A DNA stretch of 64,000 nt from Actinomycetes bacterium. Lineage in GTDB: Bacteria > Actinomycetota > Actinomycetes > S36-B12. The stretch is taken from the NCBI GenBank assembly GCA_024639145.1, contig JAHEIZ010000005.1, forward strand, positions 4,717 through 68,716, read 5' to 3'. Both the position numbers and the translations under genes were made by a program. The notes under the pieces are model-generated. The model was not told the DNA's origin. It did not search any database and saw only the letters and a list, made by a program, of their open reading frames with translations. Positions within the stretch are counted from its first letter, which is position 1; each line of letters starts with the position of its first letter. Below are positions 10,117-18,967 of the stretch, piece after piece.

Positions 10117-10590
10117 TCAGCCGTACGTATCGCGGGGGCCGCGGCCGGGAACCGACCGAGGGCCCGACTTCCATGAGGGGGCAGTCGGCCCCTTCACTGT
10201 GACCTTCGTGACGACCCCTACCCCTATGGCCTGGTCGATGGCTGTTCGAACGGTGCCCATGAGCAGTTTCACCTGGGTTGCCCAGGAGGTGGACTCGGCT
10301 CTCAGTACGAGCACCCCCTCCTCGAAGGACTCCGGTTGCACGTGATCGGCGAGGTCCGGGCCGACGATCTCTGCCCACCGAGTGGTCAGGCTGGCGGCGG
10401 AGGCCTCTGCGGACCAGCCCCGGTCGCGAATGAGGCGATCGACCGCGGATCCGAGGAGTTCGGGATCCCGGCCGGCCCCGCGGGCTGGGTTCGGGGGCTG
10501 CTTCTTGCGGGGTGCCGGGGCCTTCTTGCCTGAGGAGGCGGCGCGGTTGAGGGCACGAGCCGCGGCATCACCGTCAGTTGTCTCAGCCAT
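10117..10590 (-). CDS. DUF721 domain protein (DciA-family helicase-operator candidate, Rv0004-like)
   Basis: 157 aa between recF and gyrB. Core sequence is RGWSAEASAASLTTRWAEIVGPDLADHVQPESFEEGVLVLRAESTSWATQ. The ATG overlaps the recF stop by 8 nt. Confidence 0.75.
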   Translation of the reverse strand: MAETTDGDAAARALNRAASSGKKAPAPRKKQPPNPARGAGRDPELLGSAVDRLIRDRGWSAEASAASLTTRWAEIVGPDLADHVQPESFEEGVLVLRAESTSWATQVKLLMGTVRTAIDQAIGVGVVTKVTVKGPTAPSWKSGPRSVPGRGPRDTYG

Positions 10591-11716
10591 GGGTCACCCC
10601 TCCCTTCACGACCTCGATGCGAGTGCCGGTGAGCTCTGCAGGAACATCGTCAACCACCGCGGCAGTGATGAAGGCCTGCTGAGCTGTGCTCATGTGCGTA
10701 GCAAGATGCGCCCGGCGCTGGGCGTCAAGCTCGGCGAAGACGTCATCGAGGATCAAGATGGGTGAGTCTCCGTCGGCCGTGAGGAGATCGAAGGCACCCA
10801 GGCGCAAGGAGAGCGCGAGTGACCAGGACTCACCATGGGAGACGTAACCCTTGGCCGGGAACTCACCGAGGTGAAGTGCGACGTCGTCGCGGTGAGGTCC
10901 AACCAGTGTGACCCCGCGATCGAGTTCGTCCTTTCGGCGAGACTCGATTGTCGTCAGCATTTGGCTAGACCACTCCTCGCGGTCGGTGGACAGCACTGCT
11001 CCATCACCGAGTGACGATTGATACATCGCATTGAGCACCATGTCGGTGTCACTGCCCGAGACCATGGCGTACTGCCTCTGCGCGAGCGGCATCAACTCAT
11101 TGAGCAAGGAGATACGGGCGGCGATCAACTCACCTCCGTGCGCGGCGAGTTGTTCATCCCAGACCTCGAGTGTCTGGACTATGCGATCCGTGCCTGCCTT
11201 ACGAGCAATACTCGCAGACTTCAGGAGTGCGTTGCGTTGCTTCAGCACCCGGTCGTAGTCGGCACGAGTTCCGGAGAGTCGAGGAATGCGCTGCACGAGT
11301 AGCTCATCAAGGAATCGGCGGCGTGCGCTCGGATCACCCTTGACGAGTTCGAGATCCTCGGGTGCGAAGACGACAGCGCGCACGATACCGAGTACGTCAC
11401 GCGTTCGAGGCACGGGTGACTTGTTGATGCGCGCCTTGTTCGCCTTGCCCGGCGTGATCGCGAGCTCCAGCAGGACATCCCTGTCAGAGGAGGAAACATT
11501 CGCGCGGATGAATCCACGATCACAACCTTGACGAATGAGCGGCAGGTCACTGGCCACGCGGTGGCTGCTCAGTGTTGCGAGATAGCCAATGGCCTCGACG
11601 ATATTGGTCTTGCCCTGGCCGTTGCGTCCGACGAAGGCAGTGATGCCCTCACTGAACGGGCAGTCAAGCTGCTCATACGAGCGGATATCAGTCAGGCTGA
11701 GCGACTGAATCCACAT
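10583..11716 (-). CDS. recF: DNA replication/repair protein RecF
   Basis: 377 aa. N-terminus MWIQSLSLTDIRSYEQL, Walker A GRNGQGKTN, SMC-like signature near the C-terminus. Confidence 0.95.
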   Translation of the reverse strand: MWIQSLSLTDIRSYEQLDCPFSEGITAFVGRNGQGKTNIVEAIGYLATLSSHRVASDLPLIRQGCDRGFIRANVSSSDRDVLLELAITPGKANKARINKSPVPRTRDVLGIVRAVVFAPEDLELVKGDPSARRRFLDELLVQRIPRLSGTRADYDRVLKQRNALLKSASIARKAGTDRIVQTLEVWDEQLAAHGGELIAARISLLNELMPLAQRQYAMVSGSDTDMVLNAMYQSSLGDGAVLSTDREEWSSQMLTTIESRRKDELDRGVTLVGPHRDDVALHLGEFPAKGYVSHGESWSLALSLRLGAFDLLTADGDSPILILDDVFAELDAQRRAHLATHMSTAQQAFITAAVVDDVPAELTGTRIEVVKGGVTHG

Positions 11717-11721
11717 GACTG

Positions 11722-12852
11722 TCAGCCAGTGAGGCGTACGGGCATGAGCAGGTAGCGATAGTCATCGACACCCGACGCGGCGTTGGTGTCTGCACCTGTG
11801 AGAACCGCCGGGCGGGTGGCCTGCGTGAAGGAGAAGGTCGTGGTCACGGCATCAACAGCACTGAGGCCATCGAGAAGGTAGGTCGGGTTGAATGCGATCT
11901 CCAGGCCATCACCGTCGACACGACACTCCACGACCTCATTCGCCTGGGCATCATCACCGGCACCTGCGCGGAGCACTACCTCGGAGCCTTCGAAGGCGAG
12001 ACGCACAGGTGTATTGCGCTCGGCAACAAGTGCTACGCGCTTGACTGCATCGGCAAGTGCTGAGGTATCGACCGAGGCGACTGTCGCTGCTTCACTCGGA
12101 AGAAGTGTGCGGTACTTCGGGAACTCACCATCGAGAAGGCGCGTTGTCGTGCGTCGCCCTGCACCCTCGAAACCAATGAGGCCCTCACCTGATCCACCCG
12201 CACTGAGGGCAATGGTGACCAGGTCAGTTGTCGACAGCGACTTTGCTGTGTCGGCAAGAGTCTTGGCGGGAATCAGCGCATTCACGGAGATCGATGAGCT
12301 CTTCGGGTTCCAACTGAACTCACGAACAGCAAGGCGATAGCGATCGGTTGCGGCGAGGACGATGTTGCCACCCTCGATTTCCATGCGAATACCGGTGAGC
12401 GTCGGGAGGGTGTCATCGCGACCTGCGGCAACGGCAACCTGAGCGACCGCCGAGGCAAACAGTGCTGCCTCAATATCACCGGAGGAGTCAGGCATGGCGG
12501 GAAGGGACGGGTAATCCTCAACCGGAAGGGTCGGCAGAGTGAAGGAGGAACGGCCGCAGGTAATGACTACCCGCGTGCCCTCATTCGAGAGCTGCACGGG
12601 AGCCCCGGGAAGTGATCGGGTGATATCAGCGAGCAATCGGCCGGAGACCAGACTCGTGCCAGGTGTCTGGACGTCAGCAGCAATCGTGACCCGGGAGGAG
12701 ACCTCATAGTCGAAACTGCTCAGGGTGACGGAATCTTCGGAGGCCTCGAGAACGAGGCCGGCGAGGACGGGCATCGACGGACGCGTGGGAAGGGTGCGTG
12801 CAGCCCAGGACACGGCGTCAGCCAGGACATCGCGTTCAACCCGAAACTTCAC
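11722..12852 (-). CDS. dnaN: DNA polymerase III beta sliding clamp
   Basis: 376 aa, starts VKFRVERDVLADAVSWAAR.... GTG 12852 is preceded by GGGAGGAAAG. Confidence 0.95.
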   Translation of the reverse strand: MKFRVERDVLADAVSWAARTLPTRPSMPVLAGLVLEASEDSVTLSSFDYEVSSRVTIAADVQTPGTSLVSGRLLADITRSLPGAPVQLSNEGTRVVITCGRSSFTLPTLPVEDYPSLPAMPDSSGDIEAALFASAVAQVAVAAGRDDTLPTLTGIRMEIEGGNIVLAATDRYRLAVREFSWNPKSSSISVNALIPAKTLADTAKSLSTTDLVTIALSAGGSGEGLIGFEGAGRRTTTRLLDGEFPKYRTLLPSEAATVASVDTSALADAVKRVALVAERNTPVRLAFEGSEVVLRAGAGDDAQANEVVECRVDGDGLEIAFNPTYLLDGLSAVDAVTTTFSFTQATRPAVLTGADTNAASGVDDYRYLLMPVRLTG

Positions 12853-13343
12853 GACTTTCCTCCCGTGATCAATAAGGGGGTCAGTGTGTCAGGAGGTTGG
12901 GGTAGTTCACCAGCGGGGGCGTGGAATCCACAGGTAGCTCAGTCATGGTTGTTCGTTATCTCTGTTGACTAGATAAGTAGTCATCGTCATAGGTGGTGTG
13001 GATTGTGTGGATAAGCCGTGTTTCCCGTGGTCGCAAGGCCTGGCGCCATGTGTATTCACTGTGGAATCAAGGAGGGCTTCCTGTTGATGACTGTGGGTGA
13101 GGCGGTGTGGGCGGTGCTGTGTCCACTGAAGGACTGTTGTTTGTGCACAGGTGGGCGTTTTTCGTCATGAGGGAAGAAATTCTTATCCACAGGGTTTCCA
13201 CCACTGGGGATATGGAACACATCTGGGATGAATGAGATGTGTGTGATTGCAGGATTTCCAATGAAATTACTAGTTGTACACAGGGTTATACACAGAACTT
13301 ATCCACACTTGTGTGCACAACTGGGGACAGATGTGACGAATGG
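12853..13343. other. oriC: chromosomal replication origin oriC (dnaA-dnaN spacer)
   Basis: Perfect TTATCCACA at 13006..13014 (reverse), 13183..13191 and 13299..13307. One-mismatch boxes at 13141..13149, 13274..13282, 13286..13294 and 13312..13320(rev); two-mismatch boxes at 12924..12932, 12997..13005(rev) and 13060..13068(rev). Comparatively AT-rich stretches lie around 12950..12990 and 13225..13275. Confidence 0.85.
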
Positions 13344-14783
13344 TTACGCAGGACGCGGTTGGGACTTGATCCGGCTGGTGAGATCGGTGACCTGATTGAA
13401 CAGGCTGCGCCGTTCAGCCATCAGCTGCCTGATCTTGCGGTCAGCGTGCATCACCGTGGTGTGATCACGTCCGCCGAATGCCTGGCCGATCTTTGGCAGG
13501 CTCAGGTCGGTCAGCTCGCGGCAGAGGTACATCGCGATCTGGCGAGCGGTAACCAGCACCCGGGAACGACTAGATCCACAGAGTTCGTCGACCGTGACTC
13601 CGAAGTACGAGGCGGCGGCGGCCATGATCTGTGCCGCCGTGATCTCGGGCCCACTCTCAGACGGGAAGAGATCCTTCAGCACGATCTCGGTGATGGCGAG
13701 GTCGACAGGCTGCCGATTCAGCGAGGCGAATGCGGTGACACGGATGAGGGCGCCCTCAAGCTCGCGAATATTGCTGGAGATCTTGGAGGCAATGAACTCG
13801 AGTACCTCTGGTGGCGCGACCAGTCGCTCCTGGACGCTCTTCTTACGAAGGATTGCAATTCGGGTCTCGAGGTCCGGCGGCTGAACATCGGTGATCAGGC
13901 CCCACTCGAAACGCGAGCGCATGCGGTCCTCGAAGTCCTGCAACTGCTTGGGTGGCAGATCCGAGGTGACCACGATCTGCTTATTAGCATTGTGCAGGGT
14001 GTTGAAGGTATGGAAAAACTCTTCCTGCGTCTGGACTTTTCCGCTCAGGAACTGAATATCGTCGACAAGGAGAACATCGACATCGCGATACCGGCGCTGG
14101 AACACGGCAGCCTTGTCGTCACGAATGGAGTTGATGAACTCATTCGTGAATTCCTCTGAGCTCACATAGCGAACCCGCGTGCCCTTGTACAAGGTGCGGG
14201 TGTAATGACCAATGGCATGGAGAAGGTGGGTCTTACCCAGCCCGGATCCGCCATAGATGAAGAGCGGGTTGTAGGCACGTGCTGGCTGCTCGGCCACCGC
14301 GACTGCGGCCGCATGTGCGAATCGGTTGCTCGAGCCAATGACGAAGGTGTCGAAGGTGTACTTGGCATTGAGTCGACCGTCCTCGAGGCGCGTGCCGGGC
14401 GAGCCGGTGCCAGGACGGGAATCATCAGCGCGGTGCTCTGACGCCAACTCAGGTGAGTCGTCACTTGCGTCGGCGTACGTGGCGTCGGCAACCTCATCGG
14501 TTGCCTCATCGTCGATGGCGGGAGCGATTGTCGGATCGACCGTGACGGCCAGACGGATCTCGCGGCCGAGAGTCTGGGATAAGGCCTGTACGACGACCGG
14601 GCGAAGCCTGGCCTCGAGGACGTCCTTGGTGAACTCATTCGGCGCTGCGACGAGTGCGGTGTCCTCGACCAGGCCGAGGGGTCGGGTCAGGGCCACGAAG
14701 GCGCGCTGCTGGGGGGTGAGAATGCCGTCGGAGAGGTTGGAGATCACCTCTGTCCACACATTGGCGAGTGGATTCTCGTCCAC
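13344..14783 (-). CDS. dnaA: chromosomal replication initiator DnaA
   Basis: AAA+ motifs [11 protein letters not shown] and LLVDDIQF. C-terminal DNA-binding helix [15 protein letters not shown] 14783 is preceded by GGGAAAGG and gives [17 protein letters not shown]. The upstream ATG 14834 would place DnaA boxes inside the coding sequence. Confidence 0.95.
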   Translation of the reverse strand: MDENPLANVWTEVISNLSDGILTPQQRAFVALTRPLGLVEDTALVAAPNEFTKDVLEARLRPVVVQALSQTLGREIRLAVTVDPTIAPAIDDEATDEVADATYADASDDSPELASEHRADDSRPGTGSPGTRLEDGRLNAKYTFDTFVIGSSNRFAHAAAVAVAEQPARAYNPLFIYGGSGLGKTHLLHAIGHYTRTLYKGTRVRYVSSEEFTNEFINSIRDDKAAVFQRRYRDVDVLLVDDIQFLSGKVQTQEEFFHTFNTLHNANKQIVVTSDLPPKQLQDFEDRMRSRFEWGLITDVQPPDLETRIAILRKKSVQERLVAPPEVLEFIASKISSNIRELEGALIRVTAFASLNRQPVDLAITEIVLKDLFPSESGPEITAAQIMAAAASYFGVTVDELCGSSRSRVLVTARQIAMYLCRELTDLSLPKIGQAFGGRDHTTVMHADRKIRQLMAERRSLFNQVTDLTSRIKSQPRPA

Positions 14784-14814
14784 GTGACACCTTTCCCACG
14801 ACTGCACACTCAGT

Positions 14815-14869
14815 TCATCCACAAGGTTTTCCACAGATGTGGACCCCGTGTGTTACGCCCTGTGGACAT
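14815..14869. promoter_or_regulatory. DnaA boxes in the dnaA promoter/5' region (autoregulation candidate)
   Basis: TCATCCACA 14815..14823, TTTTCCACA 14827..14835, ATGTGGACC 14837..14845 (rev GGTCCACAT) and TGTGGACAT 14861..14869 (rev ATGTCCACA). Confidence 0.6.
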
Positions 14870-15032
14870 TAGTCATCGGTTCGAGAGGTGACAAGTCGTA
14901 ATCCCAAAATTCTGGGGATATCAGTGGGCGGCTGATAGTCCATTTGACCCGCGATAGGTATTGTCCGTAGGCTCGCCGCACAAAATATGTTCTTCCCCCG
15001 CCTTACTTTGCACATCTCGTAGGAGCCCCGCC

Positions 15033-15167
15033 ATGAAGCGCACCTTCCAGCCCAACGTCCGTCGCCGGGCCAAGACCCACGGCTTCCGACTGCGGATGCG
15101 TACGCGTGCCGGCCGAGCCATCCTCGCCTCGCGCCGTTCCAAGGGCCGCACTCGCCTGTCTGCCTAA
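15033..15167 (+). CDS. rpmH: 50S ribosomal protein L34
   Basis: [47 protein letters not shown] 15033 follows AGGAG. The track ORF starts earlier at 14961. Confidence 0.95.
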   Translation: MKRTFQPNVRRRAKTHGFRLRMRTRAGRAILASRRSKGRTRLSA

Positions 15168-15170
15168 GAC

Positions 15171-15518
15171 ATGCTCCCGGCGGCTCATCGGCTGCGGGTT
15201 TCGGGTGATTTCACCCTTGTTCAGCGTCGGGGTACCCGAATCTCCCGTCCCACCATCATTGTGAGTGCTCTGTCACGCCCCGAGCTGCCCACCCGCGTGG
15301 GTCTGTCCGTGGGCAAATCGGTCGGAAACTCTGTTGTGCGACATTCAGTGAGCAGGAAACTTCGCCATCTGACGCGCCCCCACCTGGCAGATCTCCCCCG
15401 GGGCACTCAGATCGTGGTGCGCGCCCTTCCTGCCGCCGCTGGGGCGGATTCAGCTCAACTGGATGCCGATTTCTCTAAGGCTCTTGCCGAGCTCGGCCGC
15501 AAGGGGATCACGTCATGA
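15171..15518 (+). CDS. rnpA: ribonuclease P protein component
   Basis: 115 aa basic protein immediately after rpmH, starting MLPAAHRLR.... Confidence 0.9.
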   Translation: MLPAAHRLRVSGDFTLVQRRGTRISRPTIIVSALSRPELPTRVGLSVGKSVGNSVVRHSVSRKLRHLTRPHLADLPRGTQIVVRALPAAAGADSAQLDADFSKALAELGRKGITS

Positions 15519-15847
15519 CCTCTCTGGGTCGCCGCCTTCTCTGGCTCTGGGATCACACTCTCGGCTACCCGCTCACCTGGGTGCTTATTGGCCTCGTCGG
15601 TCTGTACCGAGTGGCGATCTCGCCACTGCTTGGCCCTACCTGCAAATACCACCCGAGTTGCTCCGCATATGCCCTCGGCTCATTGCGCACCCATGGGTCT
15701 CTGAAAGGATCAGCACTGGCCGGTTATCGCTTGCTCCGCTGCAATCCCTGGAGCGGTGGCGGAGTCGACCCAGTGCCGTCACGCGATAGCTGGCGACCCG
15801 ACATACTTCCCGATGGACGTCCCCGCGTCCTGGCACCTACGAAGTAA
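15515..15847 (+). CDS. yidD: membrane protein insertion efficiency factor YidD
   Basis: Contains [53 protein letters not shown] overlap with rnpA. Confidence 0.9.
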   Translation: MTSLGRRLLWLWDHTLGYPLTWVLIGLVGLYRVAISPLLGPTCKYHPSCSAYALGSLRTHGSLKGSALAGYRLLRCNPWSGGGVDPVPSRDSWRPDILPDGRPRVLAPTK

Positions 15848-15861
15848 GGAACTCCCTCTCC

Positions 15862-16800
15862 ATGTTCATTCTCGATTGGCTGAAGATCGGCGTCAGCTGG
15901 ATCCTCGTGCAGTTCCATCAGCTGCTCAGCATCGTGATGGATCCGGCCAGTGGCTGGACATGGGCGTTCTCCATCGTGGGCCTCGTCATCGTCATTCGAA
16001 TCTTGCTGATCCCGCTCTTCGTCAAGCAGATCAAGTCGCAGCGCAATCTCCAGTTGATCCAGCCGCAGATCAAGGAGATTCAGAAGAAGTACAAGGGCGA
16101 CAAGGAAATGCAGTCGCAGGAAATGATGAAGCTGTACAAGGAAACGGGAACAAACCCGTTGGCCTCGTGCCTTCCAATCCTGTTGCAGGCGCCCATCTTT
16201 TTCGCATTGTTTGGCGTTCTGCAGAGCATTGCGCAGTACTCGACTGATGCCAGTTACACGGCGCAGGGCGTGTTCCAGTGGGACCAGTACAAGGATCTTC
16301 TTCCGCTCGCACATCGCGCAGAGATCTTCGGCGTTCCACTGTATGGCACCTTCAAGGATGCCGCGCAGACCCCGAATCCGACCGCGACTCACATTCTGGC
16401 GATCGTGCTCATCATCGCCATGACGGTGACGACATTCCTGACTCAGCGGCAGCTGATTGTGAAGAACAGCGCGCCGGACAACCCCATGGTCAAGCAGCAG
16501 AAGATCATGCTTTACGTCTTCCCGCTCGTCTTCGCCATCGGCGGTATCAACTTCCCGATTGGTGTCCTGATCTACTGGTTCACCACGAACCTGTGGACCA
16601 TGGGTCAGCAGTTCTACGTGATCCGCAATAACCCGCAGCCCGGCACACCGGCCCACGAGGCGAAGCTGGCCCGAGAGGCAGCGAAGGCGGCCAGCAAGGC
16701 CGGTACCCCCGAACTCACCACCGATGAGACTCCGAACCCGACCCCGCGGGTTCAGCCCAAGAAGACATCGCGCAGCAAGCGCAAGGGCACGACTTCCTGA
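15862..16800 (+). CDS. yidC: membrane protein insertase YidC
   Basis: 312 aa. Contains LLIPLFVKQIKSQRNLQLIQPQIKEIQKKYKGDKEMQSQEMMKLYKETGTNPLASCLPILLQAPIFFALF. Confidence 0.9.
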   Translation: MFILDWLKIGVSWILVQFHQLLSIVMDPASGWTWAFSIVGLVIVIRILLIPLFVKQIKSQRNLQLIQPQIKEIQKKYKGDKEMQSQEMMKLYKETGTNPLASCLPILLQAPIFFALFGVLQSIAQYSTDASYTAQGVFQWDQYKDLLPLAHRAEIFGVPLYGTFKDAAQTPNPTATHILAIVLIIAMTVTTFLTQRQLIVKNSAPDNPMVKQQKIMLYVFPLVFAIGGINFPIGVLIYWFTTNLWTMGQQFYVIRNNPQPGTPAHEAKLAREAAKAASKAGTPELTTDETPNPTPRVQPKKTSRSKRKGTTS

Positions 16801-16813
16801 ACGGAGAACCACC

Positions 16814-17314
16814 ATGAGCACCGAAGAGACCACTGAGGCACTAACTGGCGCCGCGCTCCTTGATCGCGAGGGCGATGTAGCCGCTGACTACCTCGAGGCC
16901 CTTCTCGACATCGCTGATCTTGATGGCGATATCGATATCGACGTCGAGGGCAATCGCGCCATGGTGTCGGTTGTTGAAGCGAATTCTGGTGATTTGCGGC
17001 ATTTGGTCGGAAATGAGGGGGAGGTTCTGGACGCCCTCCAGGAGCTCACTCGCCTGGCCGCAGCCCGCGAGACTGGAGAGCGCTCACGCCTCATGCTCGA
17101 TATCGCCGGTCACCGTGCCGCCCGTCGCGCCGCTCTCGAGGAGATCGCCAAGGAAGCCATCGCAGAGGCGCAGCGCACCTCGGCACCTGTTTCCCTTGAC
17201 CCGATGACTCCGTTCGAGCGCAAGGTCGTCCATGACGTTGTCGCCACGGCAGGTCTCGTGAGTGAGTCGGCCGGCGAGGAGCCCGCTCGTCGGGTCGTCA
17301 TCCGCGTCAGCTAG
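16814..17314 (+). CDS. jag: Jag/KhpB-like R3H domain RNA-binding protein
   Basis: ATG 16814 follows ACGGAGAA. C-terminal R3H-type segment LDPMTPFERKVVHDVV. Conserved position after yidC. Confidence 0.85.
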   Translation: MSTEETTEALTGAALLDREGDVAADYLEALLDIADLDGDIDIDVEGNRAMVSVVEANSGDLRHLVGNEGEVLDALQELTRLAAARETGERSRLMLDIAGHRAARRAALEEIAKEAIAEAQRTSAPVSLDPMTPFERKVVHDVVATAGLVSESAGEEPARRVVIRVS

Positions 17315-17321
17315 AACGCGA

Positions 17322-17337
17322 CGTTTCACGTGAAACA
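17322..17337. promoter_or_regulatory. parS: parS centromere-like site
   Basis: CGTTTCACGTGAAACA contains the perfect 14-bp palindrome GTTTCACGTGAAAC (parS consensus tGTTTCACGTGAAACa). It overlaps the rsmG start codon. Confidence 0.85.
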
Positions 17338-17980
17338 AGCGCCAGATCTTCCCGACTGGCTCCTTCCCACTGAATCTGCACTGTCGTCGTATGTCGACCT
17401 GCTGAGTACGACCGGTGTCGAGCATGGGCTCATCGGTCCACGCGAAGTTCCCCGCCTCTGGGAACGCCATGTTCTCAACTGTGCGGTCGTGGCAGATCCC
17501 GCGATTGGCCTCGTCCCCGCGGGTTCACGGGTCGCGGACGTGGGCTCGGGTGCCGGTTTGCCCGGTCTCGTGTGGGGCATCGCTCGACCTGATATCCATG
17601 TCGTGCTGATCGAGCCCCTGCTCCGACGCGCCACCTTCCTCACCCAGGCTGTGGATGACCTGGGATTGTCCGGTCGAGTGACCGTCATGCGTGGTCGCGC
17701 CGAGGACATCACCTCCTCCCCGGACTGGCAGGCGGTCGACGTGGTGACCGCGCGGGCCGTTGCTCCCCTGGAGAAGCTTCTCGGCTGGACAGTTCCACTG
17801 CTGGCGACAGGTGGGCGACTGGCGCTCCTCAAGGGAAGTAGCGCAGCTGAAGAGATCAGTTCGGCCACTCCTGCGGCGTTATCCATGGGTGTGCGTGACT
17901 TGGGGATAACCACCTGTGGTTCCCCGTGGGTCGACCCCGAGACCACCGTGGTGACCGGTACCCGCGGTACGGCACAATGA
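17330..17980 (+). CDS. rsmG: 16S rRNA (guanine527-N7)-methyltransferase RsmG (GidB)
   Basis: 216 aa. Contains GLIGPREVPRLWERHVLNCA and SAM motif VADVGSGAGLPGL. GTG 17330 is the only in-frame start upstream of the conserved block. Confidence 0.9.
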   Translation: MKQAPDLPDWLLPTESALSSYVDLLSTTGVEHGLIGPREVPRLWERHVLNCAVVADPAIGLVPAGSRVADVGSGAGLPGLVWGIARPDIHVVLIEPLLRRATFLTQAVDDLGLSGRVTVMRGRAEDITSSPDWQAVDVVTARAVAPLEKLLGWTVPLLATGGRLALLKGSSAAEEISSATPAALSMGVRDLGITTCGSPWVDPETTVVTGTRGTAQ

Positions 17981-18053
17981 GTTCCGTGACGACAAATCCT
18001 GATCCCGCTGGCCTTGGCTGGCCGGAGACCTACCTGGAGCGACAGGACCCTGC

Positions 18054-18069
18054 CGTTTCACGTGAAACA
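18054..18069. promoter_or_regulatory. parS: parS centromere-like site
   Basis: CGTTTCACGTGAAACA, identical 16-mer to the site at 17322, about 25-35 nt upstream of the parA start. Confidence 0.85.
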
Positions 18070-18092
18070 TCCGCAGAGCCCGCCGGCCTGGG

Positions 18093-18911
18093 GTGGCCCG
18101 AATGACCCGTATCGTCACGGTCGCCAACCAGAAGGGTGGCGTCGGCAAGACCACAACCACGGTCAACATGGCTGCAGCCCTGGCCCAAAGTGGCGCCAAG
18201 GTCCTGGTGATTGACCTTGATCCCCAAGGAAATGCGTCGACGGCCCTGGGCGTTGACCACCATGAGGGGGTCCCCAGCATCTATGAGGTGCTGTCGGGGG
18301 AACGAACCCTTGCTGAGGTCGTGCAGCCCTGCCCAGATATCCCCAATCTGACCACGGCGCCGGCCACGATTGACCTGGCTGGCGCCGAGATCGAACTGGT
18401 GTCCCAGGTTGCCCGCGAATACCGCCTCAGTCGTGCCGTCGAGGCCTACCTCGAGCATGTCGTGCGCTCTACGGGGGAGCCAGTCGACTACGTCTTCCTG
18501 GACTGCCCGCCTTCACTTGGCCTGCTGACCTTGAATGGCCTGGTGGCAGCTCGAGAAGTTCTGCTGCCCATCCAATGCGAGTACTACGCACTCGAAGGCC
18601 TCTCGCAGTTGTTGCGCACGGTCGAGATGGTCACCACGCATCTGAACCCCAAACTTCAGGTGAGCGCGATCCTGCTCACTATGTACGACGGCCGCACCCG
18701 GCTGGCCTCCCAGGTCGCCGAGGAAGTGCGGACCCACTTCGGCACCAAGGTACTTGAGACCGTGATTCCTCGAAATGTGCGCATCTCCGAGGCACCTTCG
18801 TATGCCCAGTCCGTGCTCACCTACGATCCGTCATCTCCGGGGGCACTGACCTATCAGGAGGCGGCCGCCCAATTTGCCGCTATTGATCCACAGAACAATC
18901 CACAGACATAA
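18093..18911 (+). CDS. parA: chromosome partitioning ATPase ParA (Soj)
   Basis: Deviant Walker A ANQKGGVGKTTT. The start is GTG 18093 or ATG 18102 (MTRIVTVANQKGG). Confidence 0.92.
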   Translation: MARMTRIVTVANQKGGVGKTTTTVNMAAALAQSGAKVLVIDLDPQGNASTALGVDHHEGVPSIYEVLSGERTLAEVVQPCPDIPNLTTAPATIDLAGAEIELVSQVAREYRLSRAVEAYLEHVVRSTGEPVDYVFLDCPPSLGLLTLNGLVAAREVLLPIQCEYYALEGLSQLLRTVEMVTTHLNPKLQVSAILLTMYDGRTRLASQVAEEVRTHFGTKVLETVIPRNVRISEAPSYAQSVLTYDPSSPGALTYQEAAAQFAAIDPQNNPQT

Positions 18912-18967
18912 CGGTATAAAACCGGACAATACACCCATAATTGTCCCCAGTAACGGAGGTTATCCCC

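Noticed and set aside
13239-14159. 306-aa plus-strand ORF starting inside oriC and running antisense through dnaA
   Set aside because: It is the mirror frame of dnaA. It would start within the DnaA-box array and has no recognisable motifs.
15724-16833. 369-aa minus-strand ORF covering yidD/yidC/jag
   Set aside because: It is antisense to three well-supported conserved genes. The product is Arg/Leu/Gly-rich low-complexity sequence typical of shadow ORFs in GC-rich DNA, and there is no SD.
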